This document shows, in pieces, positions 1 to 9,657 of a stretch of DNA of 62,591 nucleotides. The DNA lies in IMG/VR virus record IMGVR_UViG_3300017700_000663, positions 1 to 62,591 of that record; one strand, given 5' to 3'. The stretch comes from a virus. Taxonomy: Duplodnaviria; Caudoviricetes. The notes under the pieces were generated by a model. It saw only the letters and a program-made list of their open reading frames with translations. It did no database searches and was not told the DNA's origin. The first letter of the stretch is position 1, and each line of letters opens with the position of its first letter. Both the position numbers and the translations under genes were made by a program.

Positions 1-119
1 GGCGCGGCCCAGCTGCAGAACAACAACGCCAACCAGCTGCTGCGCAGCGTGGGCTACAGCTTCGACGACAACATCACCGAGCCGCTGGTGCGCCAGTATT
101 ACGAATGGCTGCTGCTGGA
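1..119. repeat. 119-bp terminal direct repeat (copy 1); circular-assembly overlap
   Basis: Identical to 62473-62591; lies within the portal reading frame, which continues across the junction. Confidence 0.97.
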
Positions 120-789
120 CCCTGACGTGCCTGACGAGGAGAAGGGCGATTTCAATATCAACGCCCACGGCTCCGTCGCGCTGGTCGAGCGCGCCATTCA
201 GGACCAGACCATCGCCCAGATGTCGGCGCTGGTGCTGGATCCGCGATATGGCTTCGACCCCAAGAAGTGGGGCACGCAGTACGTCAAGTCGAAGCGCATG
301 GCCCCCGAGGACTTCCAGTACACCAAGGAAGAGCAGGAGAAGCTGGACAGCCAGCCGCCGCCGAAGGCCCCGGCCGTCGAGGTCGCGGAGATCCGCGCCG
401 CCGTGACGCGCGAGGAGCTGGCAAAGGACGACGAAAACCAAGACCTCGATCGCAAGCTGGAAAACGATCACCTGCTGGCCGAGAAGTCGGTCGAGCTCGA
501 GCTCCTGCGCAGCCGCGAGCGGCTGGCGATGCTGGACTATGCCAACCGCAACCAGATGAACCTCGATCAGGTCAAGAAGGATCTGGCCAAGACCACGATG
601 ACACTGCAGACGCAGGAGCGCCTTGCCGGCAGCCGCGCGCGGGTGGACCTGCAGAAGAACAGCAAGGGTGACGGCAAGAACGGCGGCAAGAAGCCCGCCC
701 CCGCTGCGCCGCGCCCCGCGCCGCAGGTTGCGCGCCCGTTGGCCGAGCCGCCGCAGCGCGCGCCTGATGGGGAGGCATTCACGCAATGA
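1..789 (+). CDS. Portal protein, C-terminal part (continues from 60721 across the circular junction; about 846 aa total)
   Basis: Frame 1 is open from base 1 and in frame with the ORF starting at 60721; coiled-coil C-terminal barrel as in P22-like portals; sits before scaffold and capsid. Confidence 0.85.
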   Translation, partial: GAAQLQNNNANQLLRSVGYSFDDNITEPLVRQYYEWLLLDPDVPDEEKGDFNINAHGSVALVERAIQDQTIAQMSALVLDPRYGFDPKKWGTQYVKSKRMAPEDFQYTKEEQEKLDSQPPPKAPAVEVAEIRAAVTREELAKDDENQDLDRKLENDHLLAEKSVELELLRSRERLAMLDYANRNQMNLDQVKKDLAKTTMTLQTQERLAGSRARVDLQKNSKGDGKNGGKKPAPAAPRPAPQVARPLAEPPQRAPDGEAFTQ

Positions 790-1025
790 ACAGGCTCGAA
801 GAAAAGTCTCTCCCGCCCCCCTTCACGCTGACGCCCGGCGAACGCCAGAGCGGCGTCTGGCAGAAGCTGGTCGAGCACATGGAAGAGCAGCTGAAAAACA
901 AGCGCGGCAAAAATGACGACCTCGCGCTGGACCCCATCAAGACCGCAGCAGTTCGCGGTCACATCGAATGCCTCAAGGGTTTAATCGCCCTTGGGGAGGA
1001 GCCGCCCATTTCGGACGGCGAATAA
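786..1025 (+). CDS. Small conserved head-module protein
   Basis: ATGA overlap with portal stop; 79 aa; typical small gene between portal and scaffold. Confidence 0.7.
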   Translation: MNRLEEKSLPPPFTLTPGERQSGVWQKLVEHMEEQLKNKRGKNDDLALDPIKTAAVRGHIECLKGLIALGEEPPISDGE

Positions 1026-1066
1026 CTGCCAGCCACGGAGACGCGCGCTGGAAATGGAGACTGAAA

Positions 1067-1978
1067 ATGGACAACGAAGTGCAAACTGAAGACGACAAGC
1101 AGGCCGTGGCGGCTTTCGCCGAAGGCTTCGATTCAACGGAAGGTGGGGCACCGGCAGCGGCGTCCCCGGCACCTGCTGTTGCTGAGACGCCTGTGGTTCA
1201 GCCGGCGGAAAAGACTGGAGAAGAGGGCGCGCCGCAAGATGCGCAGGCGGCTCCGGTCGAAACCACCACACCTGTGAAGCCTGAGTATGTTCAGATCACC
1301 AAGGAAGAGCACGCAATTCTCACTGGCGCTGCCGCGAAAGTGGCCACCATCGAGAAGGGCTATAACTCGCTCCAAGGCACGGTCGGAAACATCAAGCAGA
1401 TCGTCTCCAAAATGGAAGCCGCCACGCCGCAGGGCGAGGCCGTCCAGATCAGCGATGAAATGTTCGCTGAGATGGCCGAAGAGTTTCCGACGCTTGCCGG
1501 ACAGATCAGGACCGTCCTCGAGAAGGCTCTCAAGGGCAAGACTGGCACCGGCGCTGCGGCAACCGTTGATCCTGAAGCGATGAAGCAAGCCGTTCGCGGT
1601 GAGGCCACACAGCAAGCAATCGAAGTGCTGGAGGAAGATCACCCGACGTGGCGCGGAATCGTTAGCAAGCTCGACATTGAAGGGAAAATCGACACATCGA
1701 CACCGTATCGGGTGTGGTTGGCGAAGCAGCCGGCCGAATACCAGACGCGGATCAATGAGACGCACAACCCCATCGTGGTGAGCCGGTCTATCGACAAGTT
1801 CCTCGCCGACCAAGCGAAGGTGCCTGCCGCACCGCCTCCGCCTCCTAAGAAGAAAGACGATACGACACCGCGTCGCGATCGGATCAAGGACGCAATTCCC
1901 CTCAGAGGTGACGGCGGAGCGCCGCCACCCAGCAACCAAGCCCCCGACGATTTCCGAGAAGGTTTCGAGAAGGGCTAA
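1067..1978 (+). CDS. Putative capsid scaffolding protein
   Basis: GGAGA RBS before ATG 1067; acidic, Ala/Pro-rich and helical; directly upstream of capsid gene. Confidence 0.7.
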   Translation: MDNEVQTEDDKQAVAAFAEGFDSTEGGAPAAASPAPAVAETPVVQPAEKTGEEGAPQDAQAAPVETTTPVKPEYVQITKEEHAILTGAAAKVATIEKGYNSLQGTVGNIKQIVSKMEAATPQGEAVQISDEMFAEMAEEFPTLAGQIRTVLEKALKGKTGTGAAATVDPEAMKQAVRGEATQQAIEVLEEDHPTWRGIVSKLDIEGKIDTSTPYRVWLAKQPAEYQTRINETHNPIVVSRSIDKFLADQAKVPAAPPPPPKKKDDTTPRRDRIKDAIPLRGDGGAPPPSNQAPDDFREGFEKG

Positions 1979-1995
1979 CAAGGAGTTTTTGAATT

Positions 1996-3069
1996 ATGGC
2001 TATTCAGTCTTTTGCCATGACCCCGGGCCGGATCAACAAGTTCAAGGGCCAGATCCTGAAGCACGCTGTGCCGAAGGAAGTCCTTGGGCGCACCGGCCGT
2101 CAGGTCAAGTTCCCCAAGAACAGCAGCGATACCTATGTCGCCCGCCGCTGGCTGCCCTATGGCGCGACGGCCACCAATGCCAACACCCAGAACCAGTTCT
2201 TCCAGAACGGCACTGGCGATCGCGGCAATGCCATGGTCATCGCCCACCAGACGCAGGAAGGCGTGACGTCCGCGCCTGACAGCATCGTGCCGATCGACAT
2301 CACGGTCGTCATGCAGCAGTACGACTGCCTGTATGGCTTCACCGACAAGACCTTCGATCTGTACGAAGACGACATCCCCAAGCAGATGATCGAGCAGACC
2401 GGCGAGCGCGTTTCGCTGGTCAACGAAATGATCATCTACGGGGCGCTGCGCGCCTGCACCAACCAGTACTTCGGTGGCACCGGCACCACGATCGCTACCG
2501 TCAATGGTGCGATCAGCCTCAATCTGGTGCGCCGCATCGCGAAGAACCTGCAGGCCAACCACGCCATGCCGGTCAACAAGATGCTGAAGGCCTCGGCGGA
2601 TTACGACACCTCCGCCGTGTCCGACGGTTACACCGTCTACTGCCACACCGATCTGGAGCCGGATATTCGCGACATGCCGGGCTTCACGCCGATCGAGAAG
2701 TACGCATCGGGCACTCCGATGCCGAACGAGATCGGCAAGGTGGAGCGCTTCCGCTTCATCACCTCGCCGGACCTGCCGTCGTTGCAGGATGCCGGCGCGG
2801 CGATCGGTGTCACCGGCCTCTACTCCACCACGGGCGTCAACGTCGACGTCTATCCGTTCATCGTCGCTGCGCAGGATGCGTGGAGCCAGATCGCGGTTCG
2901 CGGCATCGAAAGCCTCGACCCGACCTACATCCCGACCGGCGAAAAGACGAAGTCGGATCCGCATGGCCAGCGCGGCTACTGCGGCACCATCTGGTGGAAG
3001 TCGGTCATGATCGAAAATCAGGGCTGGATGGCTGTTGGCTTCGTGGGCGTTCGCACGCTGACCAACTAA
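1996..3069 (+). CDS. Major capsid protein, N4-gp56-like family
   Basis: AAGGAG RBS; 357 aa; motifs EGVT, HTDLEPDIRD, NEIGKVERFRFI, SDPHGQRG characteristic of N4-gp56-type capsids. Confidence 0.92.
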   Translation: MAIQSFAMTPGRINKFKGQILKHAVPKEVLGRTGRQVKFPKNSSDTYVARRWLPYGATATNANTQNQFFQNGTGDRGNAMVIAHQTQEGVTSAPDSIVPIDITVVMQQYDCLYGFTDKTFDLYEDDIPKQMIEQTGERVSLVNEMIIYGALRACTNQYFGGTGTTIATVNGAISLNLVRRIAKNLQANHAMPVNKMLKASADYDTSAVSDGYTVYCHTDLEPDIRDMPGFTPIEKYASGTPMPNEIGKVERFRFITSPDLPSLQDAGAAIGVTGLYSTTGVNVDVYPFIVAAQDAWSQIAVRGIESLDPTYIPTGEKTKSDPHGQRGYCGTIWWKSVMIENQGWMAVGFVGVRTLTN

Positions 3070-3078
3070 CCGAAACCC

Positions 3079-3104
3079 GGGGTCGCCATAAGGCTGGCGG
3101 CCCC
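3079..3104 (+). terminator. GC-rich hairpin after capsid gene
   Basis: GGGGTCGCC...GGCGGCCCC stem; weak U tract. Confidence 0.5.
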
Positions 3105-3132
3105 ACAGCCTTTCAGAAAGGAAAGGTCGTTC

Positions 3133-3654
3133 ATGTTCATCAACACCATGGGGCAATACATCGCGCAGCTGCGTGACAGTGTTGTCCAATCTGCTCTCCG
3201 GGCGCTTATCACTCCGGTGTTCGACCGCCTCTCGTCGCTGACCCTGACTTCGGCAGGGCTGGCGATTAAGGCGGGCGGAAGTGCCATCGTGAAAACCGGG
3301 GCGGCCATCACCTACGCACTCGCCAGTGGCGTGCTGCGCTCGGTGGCGGCGGCGACCGACATGCCGGCCTTGGCCGGAACGGTCGTCAACGCGACGTTCA
3401 ATGTCTACGCCTTCTTTATCGACTCGGCTGGCACTGTCACCAGCCAGATCGGTACGGCAGGCGCGACGTTGGCAGCGACGAAGCTGCCTCCGATCCCGCA
3501 GGGGAAGGCATTGCTCGGTTTCATCATCGTCAACCCGACTGGCACCGGCGATTTCGTCGGCGGCACGACGGCCCTCGATGATGCGACGGTCGTGCCCGGC
3601 GTCGTGTACGTCAACACGGTCGGCGGCTTCGACCCGCAGTGCATCGTCTCGTAA
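3133..3654 (+). CDS. Putative capsid decoration/cement protein
   Basis: Small Ala/Thr/Gly/Val-rich beta protein after capsid; paralogous to next gene. Confidence 0.55.
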   Translation: MFINTMGQYIAQLRDSVVQSALRALITPVFDRLSSLTLTSAGLAIKAGGSAIVKTGAAITYALASGVLRSVAAATDMPALAGTVVNATFNVYAFFIDSAGTVTSQIGTAGATLAATKLPPIPQGKALLGFIIVNPTGTGDFVGGTTALDDATVVPGVVYVNTVGGFDPQCIVS

Positions 3655-3692
3655 TCACAACAACCTTCTGATCTCCTGAAAGGAGAAAATCC

Positions 3693-4181
3693 ATGGACTT
3701 GCAGACCACCGCCCCCGTCACGATGTGCCTTTCCAAGGTCACCCTCGCGGCCGGGACCACCTCGACTCTGTCCAATACCGGCACCACCACCTATTGCATT
3801 CGCAGCAAGGTTTACACCAAGGCTGCGATGACCAATGTGGCGACGCCGACCACCGATGCCTCTACGGGCGCGGCCTTCATTGGCGTGAAAGCCAATCAGG
3901 GCTCCGTCTTCTTGGTGGGCTTCACCGCTGCCGGCGGTCTCGCCTGCGTGCAGGGTACGGTCGTTCCGCTGGACACCAGCGGCGCGTTCATCAATGCCCC
4001 GCAGTTTGGCTCGCCGCCGCTGGACTTCTGCCCGATCGGCTATCTCGTCATCAAGGCGGGCTCGACCGCCAACGCGACGACTGGCTGGATCTTCGGCACC
4101 AGCAACATGGCCGCCGTCACTGGCATCACCTACACGTTCGTGGATTGCGTCAGCATTCCCGACCGTCCGCAGATCTCGTAA
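3693..4181 (+). CDS. Putative capsid decoration protein (paralog of 3133-3654)
   Basis: AAGGAG RBS; similar motif order to upstream gene. Confidence 0.55.
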   Translation: MDLQTTAPVTMCLSKVTLAAGTTSTLSNTGTTTYCIRSKVYTKAAMTNVATPTTDASTGAAFIGVKANQGSVFLVGFTAAGGLACVQGTVVPLDTSGAFINAPQFGSPPLDFCPIGYLVIKAGSTANATTGWIFGTSNMAAVTGITYTFVDCVSIPDRPQIS

Positions 4182-4192
4182 CTGCTGCCTGA

Positions 4193-4224
4193 GCATGGGG
4201 GTGGCAATGATGCCGCCCCCATGT
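4193..4224 (+). terminator. Hairpin after decoration genes
   Basis: CATGGGGGTGGCA-atga-TGCCGCCCCCATG stem. Confidence 0.5.
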
Positions 4225-4262
4225 GCCTGCATCTTCATCTACATCTGAAACGGAGAATCCCA

Positions 4263-4928
4263 ATGGGCCGACGCCCCCTTAATGCCGCTACCACGATCGC
4301 TGAAAAGCCGAAGACTGCCGCCGCCGCGCCTGCGCCTGTAGCGCCGGCCGTGGCCCCTGCTGCGCCCGCCGCACCTGTCGCGGCCGCGCCGATCGCCGCG
4401 CCCACGATCGTGCCTGCCCCCGTCAGGGAGCTCACCACGGGAGACAATGCCGGCAACATCGAGCAGAAGCCGGACATCGTCGGCGATGCCGCGCTGCGCG
4501 ACCGCGAGCCTGAAATCGTGTCGGCCGAGCAGGTCGGCAAGGCCGAGATCGCCCAGCTGGCCTTCAACGAAGAGCCGGTCACGGTCATCCTGCAGCCCAG
4601 CTCGGAAAAGAATGCGGCGAAATTCCTGCCGGTCTGGGTCAACGGCAAGGGCTGCGAAGTCTGGTCCGAGTCGCGCCGTAGCTGGCTGGAGATCGGCTAT
4701 CTGCCGGTGGCCACGAAGCTGACCATCAAGCGCAAGTATCTCGAAGTGATCATCCGCGCCAAGCTCGACACGGTCAGCACCGACGTCGATCACCGCGACG
4801 ATCCCAAGCAGAACCCGGTCAATCGGGTCACCCGTTTCACCACCCCGCTCCAGTCCGTCTCGGTCCTGCACGACGCCAATCCGCTTGGTGCCGAGTGGCT
4901 GGTCGAGCTCTACCGCCGGAACATGTAA
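4263..4928 (+). CDS. Hypothetical head-module protein
   Basis: GGAGA RBS before ATG 4263; Ala/Pro-rich N-terminus, globular C-terminus. Confidence 0.7.
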   Translation: MGRRPLNAATTIAEKPKTAAAAPAPVAPAVAPAAPAAPVAAAPIAAPTIVPAPVRELTTGDNAGNIEQKPDIVGDAALRDREPEIVSAEQVGKAEIAQLAFNEEPVTVILQPSSEKNAAKFLPVWVNGKGCEVWSESRRSWLEIGYLPVATKLTIKRKYLEVIIRAKLDTVSTDVDHRDDPKQNPVNRVTRFTTPLQSVSVLHDANPLGAEWLVELYRRNM

Positions 4929-4931
4929 TCC

Positions 4932-5648
4932 ATGAACAAGCTGCAGCTCGTACAGAAACTCGGCGAAAAGTGTGGTGTCTCCGGCACCATCACGACCACC
5001 GTTGGGCTTTCTGGCGAGTGGCTGCGCCTCTCGAATTGGATCGACGAGGCGTGGAATGAGCTGCAGTCCGAGCATGATGACTGGAATTGGATGCGCAGCA
5101 GCGTGCTGCTCGGCGGCGGCGCATCCTTTCCCACCGTTTCAGGCACCGCCGTCTATCGGCTCGGTGCGGCCGCCGCCGGCTATGTCGGTGTGCTGCCGGA
5201 CAATTTCGGCAAGTGGGTGCGGGACGGCATCCGCTGCATGACCACCAGCGTCGGCTTTCAGGACGAACAGATCATCGACTGGGTCGATTTCGACTACTGG
5301 CGCGACGTCTATGCGATCGGCGCGAACCGCAGCGTCACGACGCGCCCCATGGCCTATAGCGAGGGCCCGAACAAGGAGCTCTGCCTCGGGCCGTACCCCA
5401 ACGGCGACTACACCATCACGGCCGACTATTTCTGGGCCCCGCTGATCATGGAAGATGACGATGATGTCCCGGTCGGCCTGCAGGTGAAGTGGCACATGGC
5501 GATCGTCTACAAGGGCATGATGAAGTACGCGGCCTATGAGGCCGCGCCCGAGGTCATGGTCGATGGCGAAAACGGCTATGGCAAGATGTTCGCCGAGATG
5601 GAAGTCGGCTACGCGCCGGAGATGACGTCGGGGAGCGCGCTGGCATGA
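4932..5648 (+). CDS. Head-tail adaptor (tail tubular protein A-like)
   Basis: 238 aa; helical N-terminus (WIDEAWNELQ..WNW), LGPYPNGDYTI, and HMAIVYKGM; podovirus position. Confidence 0.75.
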   Translation: MNKLQLVQKLGEKCGVSGTITTTVGLSGEWLRLSNWIDEAWNELQSEHDDWNWMRSSVLLGGGASFPTVSGTAVYRLGAAAAGYVGVLPDNFGKWVRDGIRCMTTSVGFQDEQIIDWVDFDYWRDVYAIGANRSVTTRPMAYSEGPNKELCLGPYPNGDYTITADYFWAPLIMEDDDDVPVGLQVKWHMAIVYKGMMKYAAYEAAPEVMVDGENGYGKMFAEMEVGYAPEMTSGSALA

Positions 5649-7768
5649 AGCTCGCCCAGAAGATGAAGATGCCGCCGGTCAAGCTGGCGTCGACGCGCCT
5701 CGGTGCCGGCGTCGGCAAGGGTGGCGCGGTCTATCCCGGTGGTTTGGATCTCACCACGCCAAGCCTCGAGCTGCAGCCCGGCGCACTGCGCGACTGCGTG
5801 AATTTCGAGGTCAGCCAGTCAGGCGGCTATGCGCGCATCGAAGGCTATGAACGGCTGGATGGCCGCCCGAAGCCAAGCGATGCCGAGTACACGATCGTGC
5901 AGGTCGACGCCTTCGCCAACCTGCCGGTCGTCGGTGATCCTCTGCTGCAGGCGGGAAGTGGCGCGACTGGCGAGGTGGCATTCGTCAACAACGTGGCCGA
6001 CGCCTACTACATGGTGGTGACGATGGTCACCAGCGTGTTCAATTTCACCGGGGCGATCACCAGCGGCGCGACGCCGATCGGCACCGCGATCAGCCAGACA
6101 GTCCAGATCTCGACGCTGCAGCATGCCCAGTACATGGCGGCCGCAGCCGATCGCTACCGTGTCGACATCGGTCCCGTTCCGGGCGCAGGGCCGGTCACGG
6201 GCGTCGTGGGCATGATCTTCGGCGGCGTCGACAACGTCTACGCCTTCCGCCCGAACGTCGGCCAGACGGCCGTTGAGCTCTACAAGGCGTCGGCCGCCGG
6301 CTGGGTGCTGGTGCCCTTCTTCTACACCATCAGTTTCACGGCCGGATCTGGCGCGGAGCCGCTTGACGGCGCGACCCTGACGCAGGGCGGCGCTACGGCG
6401 ACCATCATGCGCGCCCAGCCCGCCTCCGGCACCTTCGGGGCAGGCACACTGGCCGGCACGCTGGTCATCAATAACATCGTGGGCGGCCCCTTCGCCGCCG
6501 GCGCGGCCACCATCAGCGGCGGCGTAACGGTCACCCTGTCTGGTGCCGAGACCCAGATCACGCTCGCCATGGGCGGCCGCTTCCAGTTTGAGAAGGGAAA
6601 TTTCTCCGGTCAGCTGGCCACGCGCCGAATCTATGGCTGCGATGGCGTCAACAAAGCCTTCGAGTTCGACGGCGTGACGCTGGCCCCCATCACCACCGGC
6701 CTGACGATCGACGCGCCGTCCAACATCGCGATCCACCAGAACTACCTGTTCCTCTCCTATGAGGGGTCAATCCTGCACTCCGCGCCGGGCGCGCCGTTCA
6801 AGTGGACGACAACGGATGGAGCTGGCGAAATCGCCACCGGCGATACCGTGACAGACATGCGGACGTTGCCGGGCAGCACGTCGACCGCCACCTTGGGCGT
6901 CTTCATGCGCTCCAACACCGGCTTCCTGTACGGCACCAGCCCGGCCGACTTCAATTTCGTGCTGTTCAACACCGGCGTCGGCGGCCTGCAGTACAGCGGC
7001 AAGACCCTGTTCGACAGCTTCATCTTCGACGATCTGGGCGTGATCACGCTGCAGACCAGCCTGAATTTCGGTAACTTCCTGCCGGCGACGCTGACCAAGA
7101 ACATCCTGCCATTCATCGAGCGCGAGCGTCGAAACCTGTGTTCGTCATCGCTCAACAGGGCAAAGAGCCAGTACCGCGCATGGTTCAACAGCGGGTGGGG
7201 CCTGTGGCTCACCACGGTCAATCGTCAGTACCTCGGCGCGACGCTGGTCTATTTCCCCAGCCCCGTTTACGTCTCCGACGATGTCACGCTGGCAGATGGC
7301 GGATCCACCAGCTACTTCGGGTCCAATGACGGCCTCGGCTATGTGTACGAGATGGACGCCGGCACCAGCTTCGACGGCGGCAATATCGACGCCTACATCA
7401 CGCTGGCGTGGGATCCGATCAAGAGCCCGCGCATCGACAAGCGTTTCCGGCGCGGGTCGATCGAGATGCAGGGCGACGGATACGCCGCGATCTCCTTCGG
7501 CTATCAGCTTGGCTATGGCGACGTTCTGATCGGGCAGCCGGCGAACAGCAATTACGCATCTGGATTTTCGGGTCCAGCGCTGTGGGACAGCTTCGTGTGG
7601 GACAATTTTGTTTGGGATGGCCGCACGCTGATGCCGACGACTGTCGACATGGTTGGCACCGCCGAGAATGTTCAGGTCACGATCAGCTCGACGACGAATT
7701 ACATCACTGCTTTCAAAGTAAATTCGATCATTTATCACTACAGCTTCCGCCGTCAGAAGAGGGATTGA
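5645..7768 (+). CDS. Tail nozzle / DNA stabilisation protein (P22 gp10 / T7 gp12-like)
   Basis: 707 aa beta-rich; N-terminal GGLDLT..P and C-terminal KRFRR / WDSFVWD; follows adaptor. Confidence 0.75.
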   Translation: MKLAQKMKMPPVKLASTRLGAGVGKGGAVYPGGLDLTTPSLELQPGALRDCVNFEVSQSGGYARIEGYERLDGRPKPSDAEYTIVQVDAFANLPVVGDPLLQAGSGATGEVAFVNNVADAYYMVVTMVTSVFNFTGAITSGATPIGTAISQTVQISTLQHAQYMAAAADRYRVDIGPVPGAGPVTGVVGMIFGGVDNVYAFRPNVGQTAVELYKASAAGWVLVPFFYTISFTAGSGAEPLDGATLTQGGATATIMRAQPASGTFGAGTLAGTLVINNIVGGPFAAGAATISGGVTVTLSGAETQITLAMGGRFQFEKGNFSGQLATRRIYGCDGVNKAFEFDGVTLAPITTGLTIDAPSNIAIHQNYLFLSYEGSILHSAPGAPFKWTTTDGAGEIATGDTVTDMRTLPGSTSTATLGVFMRSNTGFLYGTSPADFNFVLFNTGVGGLQYSGKTLFDSFIFDDLGVITLQTSLNFGNFLPATLTKNILPFIERERRNLCSSSLNRAKSQYRAWFNSGWGLWLTTVNRQYLGATLVYFPSPVYVSDDVTLADGGSTSYFGSNDGLGYVYEMDAGTSFDGGNIDAYITLAWDPIKSPRIDKRFRRGSIEMQGDGYAAISFGYQLGYGDVLIGQPANSNYASGFSGPALWDSFVWDNFVWDGRTLMPTTVDMVGTAENVQVTISSTTNYITAFKVNSIIYHYSFRRQKRD

Positions 7769-7774
7769 GGGAAA

Positions 7775-9340
7775 ATGCCCAACGATTTCTACAATCCGTC
7801 AGGTGTTCCGCAGACAGGGTCGCAGGGAAACTCCTCGCCGGTGCGCAATGAGTTCGACAACATTGCCGCAGGTTTTGCCAAGCTCCCGACGCTGACCGGG
7901 CAGGGCAATAAGGCGGTTGTCATCAATGCCGGCGGCACTGGCATGACGACCACCGTCGGCACACTTGCTCTCGCGGGGAATTTTGCCACAACGGGGGCAT
8001 ACGCGGTGACGCTGGCCGCCGGCGCGGCCGTCACGCTGACGCTCCCGTTGGTCAATGGCACGCTGGCCACACTGGCCGGTGCCGAGGCACTGACCAACAA
8101 GAGCTATAACGGCAACACTTGGACGGCTGGAACGGGCATCCTGACCATTGCTGCCGCCAAGACGCTGACAATTTCCAACACGGTCACCTTCAGCGGCACT
8201 GATGGCAGCACGGTCAATTTTGGCACTGGTGGCACCATCGCCTACACGGCGAGCACCGTGTCGTCGATCACCGGGACGGCCAACGAGATCACGGCCTCGG
8301 CGTCAACCGGCGCGGTGACGCTATCCCTCCCGGCCGCACTGACATTTTCCGGCAAGACGATCACGGGCGGGACGTTCAACAATCCGACCGTCACCGGAAC
8401 GCTCGCTGGCGCGGCGGCAAATTTCAGCGGTGCTGTCACTGTCGGGTCGTACCTTTCTGGGGCCGGTGTCGCTGGCACCGCGCTCACGCTCTATGGGTCT
8501 GCGGATGACGTCGGAACGAAGTCTGTCACCATTCAGGATGGTCGCCTCACGCTCCAGCAGTCGCTGGTATATGGCGGCGTCACGCTCACCAATTCCGTCA
8601 CTGGCACCGGCAGCATGGTTCTTTCGACGAATGCTGCGCTGACGACACCGAATCTCGGCACGCCGTCGGCCGTCACGCTGACAAATGCGACAGGGCTTCC
8701 GCTCTCCAGCGGCGTCACCGGAAATTTGCCGGTCACCAACCTCAACGGGGGCACCGGCGCATCTGCATCGACCTTCTGGCGCGGTGATGGGACGTGGGCC
8801 ACGCCGACCATCAGCTTGGCAAACCTGACGCTGACCGGCACCACGACTATGACGGGCTTGGTCGACATCTCTGGTGCTGGCGCTGGCCAGATCAAATTCC
8901 CGGCCACGCAGAACGCCTCGGCCGACGCCAACACGCTCGACGATTACGAAGAGGGTACCTTCACGCCGACGCTGACTTTCGGTGGCGCGGCTGTCGGAAT
9001 GACATTCACCAGCCGGGCCGGCTTCTACACCAAGATCGGCAGGAACGTCACACTGACGCTGTCCGCCGTCCTCTCCGCCAAGGGGAGCTCGGCGGGCAAC
9101 GCGGTAACAGGTGGGTTTCCGTTTGCTGTGTACGCCCCTTCCAGCTTCATCTCCTTTGGTGTCATCCTCGCTCCCGGTGTGGGTGGGTTCAACACGTATC
9201 TGGAGGCCATTGATTCTGGTACCTCTGCATCGTTTTACAATATGAACCAAGCCACGGGTGCCATCGCTCCGGCATCGCAGTCTTCTTTCACGGACACCAG
9301 CTTCTGGAGCACCAGCATCACATATCCGACCGCCACGTAA
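7775..9340 (+). CDS. Tail fibre protein
   Basis: N-terminal anchor (VRNEFDNIAAGF), Thr/Gly-rich shaft, C-terminal NTLDDYEEGTFTP...YTKIGR module. Confidence 0.85.
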   Translation: MPNDFYNPSGVPQTGSQGNSSPVRNEFDNIAAGFAKLPTLTGQGNKAVVINAGGTGMTTTVGTLALAGNFATTGAYAVTLAAGAAVTLTLPLVNGTLATLAGAEALTNKSYNGNTWTAGTGILTIAAAKTLTISNTVTFSGTDGSTVNFGTGGTIAYTASTVSSITGTANEITASASTGAVTLSLPAALTFSGKTITGGTFNNPTVTGTLAGAAANFSGAVTVGSYLSGAGVAGTALTLYGSADDVGTKSVTIQDGRLTLQQSLVYGGVTLTNSVTGTGSMVLSTNAALTTPNLGTPSAVTLTNATGLPLSSGVTGNLPVTNLNGGTGASASTFWRGDGTWATPTISLANLTLTGTTTMTGLVDISGAGAGQIKFPATQNASADANTLDDYEEGTFTPTLTFGGAAVGMTFTSRAGFYTKIGRNVTLTLSAVLSAKGSSAGNAVTGGFPFAVYAPSSFISFGVILAPGVGGFNTYLEAIDSGTSASFYNMNQATGAIAPASQSSFTDTSFWSTSITYPTAT

Positions 9341-9345
9341 GGGAA

Positions 9346-9657
9346 ATGGAAATGAACAGGGCAATCGTAGACCGGATCGAGATCGCTCCCGACGCCACCG
9401 TGCAGGTCAGGATCTCGAAGCAGGTTGTGGCGGGTGGCTTCGTCACGTCCCAGTCGTGGCATCGCACGGCGTTTACGCCGGGCTGTGATGTTGAGGGGAC
9501 GATGCGATCTGTCGACGCCCATCTTTCTGAGATGGGGTATGGTGCAGTTTCGCAGACGGAGTGGGCAAAGGTGCGCGCCGTAATCAGCGCTGAACATACG
9601 AGCGAAGTAGTGCAGGCGCATGCCGCACGCCAGAGCGCAGGAGGTAGGCACCAATGA
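9346..9657 (+). CDS. Tail-fibre-associated small protein (chaperone-like)
   Basis: DRIEI..VQVR..WHR protein commonly following DYEEG-type fibres. Confidence 0.6.
   Translation: MEMNRAIVDRIEIAPDATVQVRISKQVVAGGFVTSQSWHRTAFTPGCDVEGTMRSVDAHLSEMGYGAVSQTEWAKVRAVISAEHTSEVVQAHAARQSAGGRHQ

Noticed and set aside
49-789. Independent 246-aa gene as given in the ORF track
   Set aside because: It is the C-terminus of the portal, in frame with the ORF from 60721
1996-3069. Classification as an N4-like (Schitoviridae) phage
   Set aside because: Capsid is N4-gp56-like, but the giant ORF is not a virion RNA polymerase and no phage RNAP or DNA polymerase was recognised
7775-9340. Diversity-generating retroelement target in the tail fibre
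   Set aside because: No reverse transcriptase and no template/variable repeat pair seen
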